The notes beneath the pieces were generated by a model, which did no database searches, was not told the origin of the DNA, and saw nothing but the letters and a program-made list of their open reading frames with translations. The position numbers were made by a program, and so were the translations under genes. A stretch of DNA of 64,000 nucleotides from Rickettsiales bacterium (GTDB taxonomy: Bacteria > Pseudomonadota > Alphaproteobacteria > Rickettsiales > UBA3002). The first letter of the stretch is position 1. Each line of letters begins with the position of its first letter. Positions 29,589-37,196 of this stretch are shown here, one piece after another. The stretch covers positions 4,124 to 68,123 of the forward strand of contig JBIIEL010000006.1 in NCBI GenBank assembly GCA_044237845.1, read 5' to 3'.

Positions 29589-29607
29589 TGTGAAGTTTTT
29601 GTGACAA
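29589..29607 (-). promoter_or_regulatory. Pho-box-like direct repeat TTGTCACaaaaaCTTCACA
   Basis: Minus-strand reading. The hexamers are 11 bp apart. It shares the 13-nt core CAAAAMCTTCACA with three other loci. Confidence 0.55.
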
Positions 29608-29635
29608 TGGAGAATTTTTATTATTCTACAGTGAT

Positions 29636-30382
29636 TTATACCGTCTTCCCATAACTCTGCATCGGCGGTTCCAGCTGCTCGCGCAGCCCCTTCAACACAC
29701 CTGAGAGTATCGCCTCGATGACGCGCGCAGGGTCGGCATTTGCGCAGGGCACACGGTGCTCGATGCGTTTGTCATACGGGTCCGGCGTCATGGGAATGCG
29801 CAGCGCGCAGTAGCGGTTATTGGCCCCCCACCCGGCGATTTTTGGCACATGGTCGGCGTCACCGAGCCGCGCATAATCTTCCTCATGCGGAAAGAAAATC
29901 GGCATGTTCTCCGTAAGCGTCGCCAGCAACCCGCCGAGGCTGAAGCGCAGCGCGTCGCTCATCCATTCGTCGGTTTTGTGATAGGCGTTGATGCCCTCAG
30001 CATCCGCGAGGTGGAGATGGATATGCATGCCGCTTGAAGGCTGATCGGCAAAGGGTTTCGCGGTGAAATGCGCCTCCACGCCCATCGCGGCTGCCTGCGC
30101 CTCAATAATCTCACGGATGCGCGTGAGCATCTGCGCCAGCCGCACAGGTGTCGTCACCTGCGTCACCACTTCATACTGATGTTTTCCGCGCTCTTTCTCG
30201 ATACGCAAAATCGGCAGCGCTTCGGCCTTAAACGCCTTATCCACCGGCTCCCAGAACGCATCCATCGCTTCTGTGCTTTGCTCGGCGAGCAGCACGTAGC
30301 ACTCGATCTCCGCCGCCATCACAGGCGTGAGTGCGCATTCCGCAATCAGGGTAGTGCTTAATTCGTCGATGCTAGGCGACAA
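29636..30382 (-). CDS. glutamine synthetase catalytic-domain protein (short, lacks the N-terminal beta-grasp domain)
   Basis: [44 protein letters not shown] are Gln-synt_C landmarks. Only 248 aa. The start overlaps the trxA 3' end by 11 nt. Confidence 0.65.
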   Translation of the reverse strand: MSPSIDELSTTLIAECALTPVMAAEIECYVLLAEQSTEAMDAFWEPVDKAFKAEALPILRIEKERGKHQYEVVTQVTTPVRLAQMLTRIREIIEAQAAAMGVEAHFTAKPFADQPSSGMHIHLHLADAEGINAYHKTDEWMSDALRFSLGGLLATLTENMPIFFPHEEDYARLGDADHVPKIAGWGANNRYCALRIPMTPDPYDKRIEHRVPCANADPARVIEAILSGVLKGLREQLEPPMQSYGKTV

Positions 30383-30695
30383 CGCTGTTCAGCCACTCAA
30401 CCAGCTGGCTTTTGGGCAGCGAGCCGACTTTGGTCGCCACCGCTTTGCCGTCCTTGAACAGAATCATCGTCGGGATGCCGCGCACACCAAAGCGTTGCGG
30501 CGATTCCGGGTTGTTGTCGATATTCACTTTCGCCACCGTCAACTTGCCTTCCATTTCGTTGGCAATTTCGTCGAGGATGGGGCCGATTTGTTTGCATGGG
30601 CCGCACCATTCCGCCCAGAAATCGACCAGAATCGGCGTGCTGCTGTTCGCAATGACGCCTTCAAATTCGTCGTCGGTGATGTGCTTCGTACCCAT
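30372..30695 (-). CDS. trxA: thioredoxin
   Basis: WAEWCGPCK active site, 107 aa. Confidence 0.95.
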   Translation of the reverse strand: MGTKHITDDEFEGVIANSSTPILVDFWAEWCGPCKQIGPILDEIANEMEGKLTVAKVNIDNNPESPQRFGVRGIPTMILFKDGKAVATKVGSLPKSQLVEWLNSVVA

Positions 30696-30750
30696 GGAAC
30701 GCCTCCGTTGTTAGCTACCCCATGATAGATAGGACTGGCCGTGAATCGCG

Positions 30751-33700
30751 TCAAGCAACAAGCGGTATTTCTACCGGAAAAGGCGTTGCTGCCACCACGT
30801 CGTCGCACCATATGAGCTGTGCGGCAGCCGTCCACAGCATGGCACAACGTACGGATATATGCGGGTAAAGCTGCTGCACCAGCGCGTGGTATGCCTTCAT
30901 TTGTAGCCTATAATTCTGTGGGATTTCTGTTGCCGATGCAGGCACATGCGCACCGGTTTTATAATCCAGAATCACCACTGCATCCGCCGTTTTCACCAAT
31001 CGGTCAATCTGTCCATAGAGTTCAACCGATTTTCCAGCGACAGTGATACGCCCACTCACCGCCAGCTCTGCGTGCGAAGGGTGGCTCCATATCCATGACT
31101 CTTGCCGCAGCAAGGCCATCACCTCAGAAACAGCGTGTGCGCGGTCCTTCTCCGTCCATTCTGGCGCGAGGAGGGAAAATAGGTCGCGAACCGCAAGCGC
31201 ATCGCTTTTAGCGCTAAGCAATTCGAGTACACGGTGAATAATCACCCCGCGCGTACGGGCATTTCCTGAAGCGGATTGAGCGTATGCCGATGCTTCTTCC
31301 TCTGCCATCAGCGCGGATGGCGAAATACGCGTCACCCCACGCGCGACTGCGGGTGGCGATGTGTTGAGCCATGTCGGCAGCGGCACAGCGGGCGTTGCGG
31401 ATGGCTGCTCTTTCCTAGGCTGCGGCGCACGTGCATCCTGCAACACGAGCGCGCCATTTTCTTCCACTGCGCCAAGCTGCTTCAACGACGATTCCGCCAA
31501 CATATACCAGCTTGCAGAGTTGATATTTCCCTTCTTATTCGCCACACCCCAGAGATGCAGCTCATCCCGCGCGCGGGTCAGTGCCACGTAAAACAGCCGA
31601 TAATATTCCTCCATCAGCGCCTGTTTTTTTTCTGCTTTTAGTTCCTCAAGCAATGGTGCGTCACCTGCTTCTTTAGAAATGGAAAGCACCGGGAAACGTT
31701 GACCACAGTCATTTTCGTGGAAGTAGATTTTTTCATATTGCGTGGTCGGCGGCGTTACCATATCCGCCAGAAGCACTACAGGCGCTTCCAACCCCTTCGC
31801 GCCATGCACTGTCATCACGCGCACATGGTTACCACCGCCCATTTCCTGCTCACGCTTGATTTCACGGCGGCTACCCTCCATCCAATCATGAAAATAGGCG
31901 AGCGTGCGTGGCAGATCCGCAGGCATGGCGGCTGCCTGCTGTTTCAATTCGTCGAGCACTTCATGCACTTCTTCGCCAAAGCGGGCGGCGAAATGCGTGC
32001 GCGCCGCATCTACCTCCAACACATGGGTAAGGAAATTATATGGCGATTCCTCACGTGCGGTGAGATAGCACACAAGCGGTGCAGCAACCGCCTGCCCATC
32101 CAGCTGTGCCCATAGACTGCCGCTGCGATTCACACAGAATGCCCGCAATTCCTCGTCGCTCATGCCAATAATGGGCGAACGCAGCACATGCGCGAGTGCA
32201 AGATCGTCCGACGGATTCAGTACAAAACGCATAAGCGCGAGCAGATCACGCACCGCCAGATGGGAGGAAAGCGTCAGCCTATCAAGCCCGGCGACGGGGA
32301 CATTCCGCCGCTCCAACGCACGAATCAGCGAAAGCACCAGCGTGGTGCGGGTGCGCACGAGAATCAGAATATCACCCGCCGCAATCGGCCTTCCCTCGCT
32401 TTCGAGTAGTCGCCCCTCTTCCAGCCAGCCAGCAATCGTCGCTGCAATGTTATCTGCAAGCTGTGTGGTGGCGCGTTGTGCCTCGCTATATTCCATCGGC
32501 AAGGTAAGCGGCGCACTGGCTTCTTTCTCTGGTGTAAGCACGGGTGGATAAAGCACCACGCGCCCTGCCGCCTCTTCCCGCTTCAGGTGGTGTGGGTGCA
32601 TGATACCCGAGGCGTGGAGCGCCGCCGTCATTTCCTCACGCGCAGCCAAATGGTCTACCAACCGCAACACCACCTCCGCCGAGCGATAGGAAGTGGTGAG
32701 ATGCTCCTCATTGAGCGGCGCTGCACTGCATGAAAGCATGCCCCCGAACTGCGATTTCATCTGCGCAAAGATCTTCGGTGCTGCGCCCTGAAAGCTATAA
32801 ATAGATTGCTTCTCATCGCCCACCACCAGCAGGCTTCGCGGCAGATTGCCACTGCCTACACCGTCATTGCTGGCGATGAGTTCTTCGACTAGCGCACGGG
32901 CGAGCTGCCACTGCGCATCGCTCGTATCCTGCGCTTCGTCGATGAGCAGATGGTCAATGCGGTGATCCAGCTTACTCATTACCCAACCGAGCATGGCCGG
33001 ATTTGCGAGTAGGGATTGCGTTTTACCGATAAGGTCGTCGTAATCGAGCGCATACGCCGAGTCTTTCGCCTGCGCATAGAGCGTGAGCAGCGCCCGCGCG
33101 AGCAATGCAACAGCGAATGATTCTTCGGCGCAGGAAAGTGCCGCTAATGTTGCCTGATAGTGCGCCACCTCGGCAGTGAGATCATTCATCACTGGCCGCA
33201 ACGGCGAATTCTCTGGATATTCCTTTTTCTTGAGCAGGTTTTTACGAATGCCGCCTTGCTGGGTGAGGAACACCAGACAAAAATCTGGAATCAGCGGCTG
33301 GCGAATCGCTGCATCCATCTCGAGCCAGGCAGCAAGCGTGCGCGCTATATGCTGCTCATGCGCGCCCTCACTCGCCATGAATTGCGGCAGATGCGCACGA
33401 ATCACTGCCGCCTGATCCGGCCTTACAACCTCGCACAGCGCCTGAGAAAGCGCAGCCTCGCTTACCCCTTCCTCGAGCCCATGCGCAGCATAGATTCCCG
33501 CGCGCAGCGTATCCGGCGTCTGGCCGCACCAGATATCCTCCCACGCACGGCGTTTCTGAATAATGGTTGTCAGATAATCATCAAACCGCCCCTCGCTGCT
33601 CCGGCTGCCAATGAGATCAAACGCCGCATCGAGCGATGGGTCGCCCGCACTATATTCGCGCAGCAACTGCTGCTTCACACGCCGCAGCAGGCGGGTTGCC

Positions 33701-34113
33701 GCCTCGTCTTCAAGCACCGTGAAATGCGGCGCGATACCTGCTTCAAGCGGAAAGCGTTTGAGAATATTCTGACAGAATCCGTGGATGGTGGTGAGCTGTA
33801 CCCCGCCGCTTGCGCTATCCAGCACCCGGCCAAACAAGGTGCGTGCGCGCGCCATTTGCTCTGCCGAGGGGGCATGACCCAGCAATTCCTCAACTCGGGC
33901 GCGGCATTTCATTTCATCCATCAGCAGCAATTGACGCAACTGGCCGAGCACACGCTCGCGCATCTCGCTCGCCGCCGCTTTGGTATAGGTGATGCAGCAA
34001 ATTCGCTCCGGCAGCACCCCGGCAAGCAACAACGTCACCACGCGCCGTGTCAGGAAGGTGGTTTTACCACTCCCCGCATTCGCCGTAATCCAGATGGAAC
34101 CGTGATATGACAT
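30751..34113 (-). CDS. addA: double-strand break repair helicase-nuclease AddA (UvrD-like helicase plus C-terminal PD-(D/E)XK nuclease)
   Basis: Walker A ANAGSGKTT, UvrD helicase motifs, 1120 aa, C-terminal nuclease motif (GQIDRLV...ILDYKTG). The addA-trxA arrangement is typical of alphaproteobacteria. Confidence 0.85.
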   Translation of the reverse strand: MSYHGSIWITANAGSGKTTFLTRRVVTLLLAGVLPERICCITYTKAAASEMRERVLGQLRQLLLMDEMKCRARVEELLGHAPSAEQMARARTLFGRVLDSASGGVQLTTIHGFCQNILKRFPLEAGIAPHFTVLEDEAATRLLRRVKQQLLREYSAGDPSLDAAFDLIGSRSSEGRFDDYLTTIIQKRRAWEDIWCGQTPDTLRAGIYAAHGLEEGVSEAALSQALCEVVRPDQAAVIRAHLPQFMASEGAHEQHIARTLAAWLEMDAAIRQPLIPDFCLVFLTQQGGIRKNLLKKKEYPENSPLRPVMNDLTAEVAHYQATLAALSCAEESFAVALLARALLTLYAQAKDSAYALDYDDLIGKTQSLLANPAMLGWVMSKLDHRIDHLLIDEAQDTSDAQWQLARALVEELIASNDGVGSGNLPRSLLVVGDEKQSIYSFQGAAPKIFAQMKSQFGGMLSCSAAPLNEEHLTTSYRSAEVVLRLVDHLAAREEMTAALHASGIMHPHHLKREEAAGRVVLYPPVLTPEKEASAPLTLPMEYSEAQRATTQLADNIAATIAGWLEEGRLLESEGRPIAAGDILILVRTRTTLVLSLIRALERRNVPVAGLDRLTLSSHLAVRDLLALMRFVLNPSDDLALAHVLRSPIIGMSDEELRAFCVNRSGSLWAQLDGQAVAAPLVCYLTAREESPYNFLTHVLEVDAARTHFAARFGEEVHEVLDELKQQAAAMPADLPRTLAYFHDWMEGSRREIKREQEMGGGNHVRVMTVHGAKGLEAPVVLLADMVTPPTTQYEKIYFHENDCGQRFPVLSISKEAGDAPLLEELKAEKKQALMEEYYRLFYVALTRARDELHLWGVANKKGNINSASWYMLAESSLKQLGAVEENGALVLQDARAPQPRKEQPSATPAVPLPTWLNTSPPAVARGVTRISPSALMAEEEASAYAQSASGNARTRGVIIHRVLELLSAKSDALAVRDLFSLLAPEWTEKDRAHAVSEVMALLRQESWIWSHPSHAELAVSGRITVAGKSVELYGQIDRLVKTADAVVILDYKTGAHVPASATEIPQNYRLQMKAYHALVQQLYPHISVRCAMLWTAAAQLIWCDDVVAATPFPVEIPLVA

Positions 34114-34159
34114 TAAAAACGCCTTTTTTCCTCAAAATGACGCAAAAAACGTCCATTTG

Positions 34160-34174
34160 TTAACCATTTGTTTA
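34160..34174 (+). promoter_or_regulatory. CtrA-type motif TTAACCAT (also TTAA-N7-TTTA) within an 11-bp-spaced direct repeat CCATTTGTT
   Basis: gtCCATTTGTTAACCATTTGTTTAc read directly. Lies in the addA/rcdA divergent intergenic region. Confidence 0.4.
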
Positions 34175-34242
34175 CTACTACTCCAGTATACTGGTGATAA
34201 GAAGCGAATCGATCGCTCTCAATCATCGCCAGGGGAGCAGGT

Positions 34243-34662
34243 ATGCGCCAAAACGCTCAGCACAACAACGCCGAAAATAACCAGTTACTCTTTTTACCGG
34301 GAGTATTCAACGAAACGCTGGGGCTGTTGTTCGATGCCCATCAGTATTTCCACTCGCGCGGGGCGGAAGACCAGGCCACGATAGAGCCCTCCAAACGCCT
34401 CTATTATGCCAATGAAATGAGCCGAATCACCCTGCGCCTCACCAGTGCGATGGCGTGGTTGATGGTGCGCCGGGCGGTCAATGCCGGGCGCATCGGCGAG
34501 GCCAAAGCCAACGAGGAATATCGCCTGAGCGGGAAAGAGGCCGCCACGGCCATCTATCCGGAGATCATGGAAACCATGCCTACCTACTTGAATTATCTAT
34601 CAGAACGGTCACTGAACCTCTATGCCCGTGTCGAGCGGCTAGAAAGCATGATGGACGGCTAA
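34243..34662 (+). CDS. rcdA: DUF1465 family protein (RcdA-like regulator of CtrA degradation)
   Basis: FNETLGLLFDAHQYF...ANEMSRITLRLTSAMAWLMVRRAVNAGRI matches my memory of the DUF1465/RcdA pattern. Confidence 0.65.
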   Translation: MRQNAQHNNAENNQLLFLPGVFNETLGLLFDAHQYFHSRGAEDQATIEPSKRLYYANEMSRITLRLTSAMAWLMVRRAVNAGRIGEAKANEEYRLSGKEAATAIYPEIMETMPTYLNYLSERSLNLYARVERLESMMDG

Positions 34663-34684
34663 GAAGGTTACCAAATTAACCTTT

Positions 34685-34717
34685 TTGACCAAAAACTTCA
34701 CAAAACTGTCACAAAAC
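34685..34717 (+). promoter_or_regulatory. Pho-box-like phased repeats TTGACCaaaaaCTTCACaaaacTGTCACaaaac
   Basis: Hexamers start at 34696 and 34707 (11 bp apart), with a weaker one at 34686. Contains the core CAAAAACTTCACA (34690-34702). Confidence 0.55.
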
Positions 34718-34764
34718 TCTGCGATGACCTGTGTTATTCTGATGATGAATAAATACGGGAATCG

Positions 34765-35400
34765 ATGGTTCAACCGATACAGTCTGGCCTGAATATGCCG
34801 CGCGGCGCAAGCTTTGCTGCGGCTGATGGCGTGGATGCAGATACCATCATCAACATCAATCATCAGGAAACGCCGCAGACCACCGCGCCGATTATTGTTC
34901 AGCAGCCGCAACCGACTTATACACCCGCTGTGCCGCAGCCGACCTATGCTCCCGCCCCGCGCATCGGTGGTAACATTGCGGGTGTACCCAGACAAACCAT
35001 CGAGATGAAGCCGGTCACCAAACACAGCGTCAACTGGGGCAGCGTGGTCAAAGGCGCACTCATCGTCACCGGCATTGTCGTCGCCGGTGTGGTTGGGTAT
35101 TGGGCGCTCAGCGCCGCTGCGGGTTGGGCGGTTACTACAGAGCTAGGCATCGCTACCGTCAATGCTCTGGCGCCCGCAGTCACCGCAGCAGGGAACGGGC
35201 TTGCCTATCTCGGCGGATTTTTAAGTAACGTTCCCGCCATTATCGGCGGATTCTTCTCCGGCGCCGCACAGGCGCTTGGGCTGACCACTGCACTAAGTAG
35301 CGCAACAACAGGAGCCATCGCAAGTGGTGCGGGCGCACTTGGTGCTGGCGGAAGCCGCAGGTGCCACAGTTGCATTGGCACCGCATCTCAGCGGCATTGA
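34765..35400 (+). CDS. orphan membrane protein, 5' part (Pro-rich N-terminus, Gly/Ala-rich TM segments); probably fused with the next ORF
   Basis: ORF track. The last about 17 aa of this frame (SRRCHSCIGTASQRH) look out of frame. Confidence 0.55.
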   Translation: MVQPIQSGLNMPRGASFAAADGVDADTIININHQETPQTTAPIIVQQPQPTYTPAVPQPTYAPAPRIGGNIAGVPRQTIEMKPVTKHSVNWGSVVKGALIVTGIVVAGVVGYWALSAAAGWAVTTELGIATVNALAPAVTAAGNGLAYLGGFLSNVPAIIGGFFSGAAQALGLTTALSSATTGAIASGAGALGAGGSRRCHSCIGTASQRH

Positions 35401-36034
35401 TCTGACACACCAGACTACAACGCAAGTTGCTACTACCAACCTTCATGATCACGCCGTTAGCGCAACCACGCCGGTTGTGCCGCACCATGATGGTGGCATG
35501 TTCTCCGGTCTCAAATCGATGTTCACCAGCAACGCGACAGATCATGCTGCGGCGACGGATATGGTCGATGTGCCGGAATCAGGCTCCGCGAACCTTGCGA
35601 ATGCCGCTGCGGCACAGCGCTCGATTGAACATGCCAACCATGCCGCCGCACACGCGAACCAAACAGCAGCAGAACTTGGGCATCACTCGCTGGAGCATCA
35701 CGATGCGCATGGCGCTTTCCACCTTCCGCATTTGGGTCGTCACGAGAATGCAGGTAGCCATCACGAACCATCGGCAGATCATCAGGATAGTGCATCCCCG
35801 GATGTAGATATTCCAGACGAAGCTCCCGGAAGCCGTCGCCGCAACTGGCGTGACCGCCTGACGGGCGCGAATAACTATCAGCAAGCGTTCCAATCGACCG
35901 GCAGCCATGGCGCTGCCATTCGCGCAATGCAGCCGCAAGGCAGCAGCATCACCCCGCGGGCGAGTGAATTCTCGCAAGCGCTGAACGATGACCGTGCGAA
36001 ACTCGACGCTGCCCTCGGCGACAATATTCGCTAA
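35324..36034 (+). CDS. orphan protein, 3' part (His-rich, low complexity); +1 frame relative to the previous ORF
   Basis: ORF track. The Gly/Ala theme continues across the frame change near 35345-35352 (...GAGALGAGG / EAAGATVALAP...). Confidence 0.5.
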   Translation: MVRAHLVLAEAAGATVALAPHLSGIDLTHQTTTQVATTNLHDHAVSATTPVVPHHDGGMFSGLKSMFTSNATDHAAATDMVDVPESGSANLANAAAAQRSIEHANHAAAHANQTAAELGHHSLEHHDAHGAFHLPHLGRHENAGSHHEPSADHQDSASPDVDIPDEAPGSRRRNWRDRLTGANNYQQAFQSTGSHGAAIRAMQPQGSSITPRASEFSQALNDDRAKLDAALGDNIR

Positions 36035-36060
36035 AGTTTTAGCGAATTATCAGCGCGTTT

Positions 36061-36110
36061 TGTTACAAAACCTTCACATAAAATCGTCTGCGTTGTCATC
36101 AAACTGTAAC
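36061..36110 (+). promoter_or_regulatory. four Pho-box-like hexamers in 11-bp register (TGTTAC, CTTCAC, TGTCAT, TGTAAC)
   Basis: Hexamers start at 36061, 36072, 36094 and 36105. Contains both shared cores: CAAAACCTTCACA (36066-36078) and TTGTCATCAAACTGT (36093-36107). Confidence 0.6.
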
Positions 36111-36161
36111 AATCATCTGTTAGGGTGAGAGTAAGGAAAAAACCTAACAAGGATTCTCGCC

Positions 36162-36497
36162 ATGACAGAGTTCGAAAACATCATCGCTAATAAAGACCTT
36201 GGCTGCTTCAGTGCGAAGAGTCCGATTGAGTTGACTCAAGTGGGCGTAACGAGTGTTATCAATCCTAAGCATACAAAAGAGGATATTTTTCGCGCGACGC
36301 AGTTTATCTGGGACTCTGCACCTGCGATAATCGCAAAGGACATGGTCATCGGGGCAGGTATGATGGCTTTACCAGTTGTAGCGGCGGGTATCTCAGATAA
36401 TTTTACTGCAGGTTTGCTGGTTGGTGGCGCTGCAATTAAAAAAGGAATCGACAGCCTTGCTTCGAACAAACCTCGCGGCGGCAACAGCATCACCTAA
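36162..36497 (+). CDS. small orphan protein with C-terminal Gly/Ala-rich membrane segment
   Basis: ORF track. AAGGA lies 10 nt upstream of the ATG, and a strong terminator follows the gene. Confidence 0.6.
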   Translation: MTEFENIIANKDLGCFSAKSPIELTQVGVTSVINPKHTKEDIFRATQFIWDSAPAIIAKDMVIGAGMMALPVVAAGISDNFTAGLLVGGAAIKKGIDSLASNKPRGGNSIT

Positions 36498-36519
36498 CAA
36501 ACAAATCATCCTCCAACGA

Positions 36520-36547
36520 AAAACCCCGCCAGTGGCGGGGTTTTTTA
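36520..36547. terminator. bidirectional rho-independent terminator
   Basis: gaaaaaCCCCGCCagtGGCGGGGtttttta: a 7-bp GC stem with an A-run upstream and a T-run downstream. It sits between the convergent genes 36162..36497 and phaR. Confidence 0.85.
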
Positions 36548-36558
36548 TTGGATAAAAT

Positions 36559-36612
36559 GTCATCCTGAGCAACGCGAAGGATCTGGATTCTTCGGCTTTG
36601 CCTCAGAATGAC
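36559..36612. repeat. 54-bp imperfect palindromic (REP/MITE-like) element GTCATCCTGAGCAACGCGAAGGATC...GATTCTTCGGCTTTGCCTCAGAATGAC
   Basis: The arms are near reverse complements of each other, read directly from the sequence. Confidence 0.6.
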
Positions 36613-36617
36613 AAAAA

Positions 36618-37109
36618 CTACTTCTTCTTCGCCTCAGCAGAAAACGACGTAAACATCGAGAAGGCCTTGGTGAACATTTCCATGTTCTGTTTGCCGATTT
36701 CCTCGAGCTGCGCGGCGACTTGGCCGAAGCTGCCCATGTTGCCCATACCGAGCATCTCGTGCATTTTGCCCTGATTGCCCTGGAATGCCTGCATGGTGGA
36801 TTCAAGGTAATGCGGAACAAAGCCTTTCAGCGAGTTGTCGTAATAGCCAATGAGCGAGCGCAGGAAATTGATCGGCATCAGATGTTCGCCGTTGGCCTGT
36901 GATTCCTGCTCGAAAATAATCTGGGTGAGGATCTGGCGGGTGAGGTCTTCGCCGGATTTTGCGTCATACACGATAAAATCCGCGCCCTCTTTCACCATCG
37001 TGCAGAGGTCGTCGAGCGTGACATAGGTCGACGTATCCGTGTTATATAACCGGCGGTTCGCGTATTTTTTGATAACGATTGGCTCGGCGTTTTGCGGTTT
37101 CTTGCTCAT
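36618..37109 (-). CDS. phaR: polyhydroxyalkanoate synthesis repressor PhaR
   Basis: IVIKKYANRRLYNTDTSTYVTLDDLCTMVKEG...LTQIIFEQE is the canonical PhaR N-terminus. Start set at ATG 37107-37109 inside the longer ORF 36618..37655. Confidence 0.9.
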   Translation of the reverse strand: MSKKPQNAEPIVIKKYANRRLYNTDTSTYVTLDDLCTMVKEGADFIVYDAKSGEDLTRQILTQIIFEQESQANGEHLMPINFLRSLIGYYDNSLKGFVPHYLESTMQAFQGNQGKMHEMLGMGNMGSFGQVAAQLEEIGKQNMEMFTKAFSMFTSFSAEAKKK

Positions 37110-37196
37110 AGACTCCTCACAAGGGTGCTGTTTTTGTTTACGATAGGCGCTAGTTAGCATTATGTTAGCGCAATTAGCAAGCGTTGAGGAAAATCC

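Noticed and set aside
33160-34110. 316-aa ORF antisense to addA; the same applies to 42348..43235 (antisense serA), 60100..61104 (antisense pdxJ) and 28180..28947 (antisense trpA)
   Set aside because: All lie opposite well-supported genes and have Arg/Leu/His-rich, motif-free translations.
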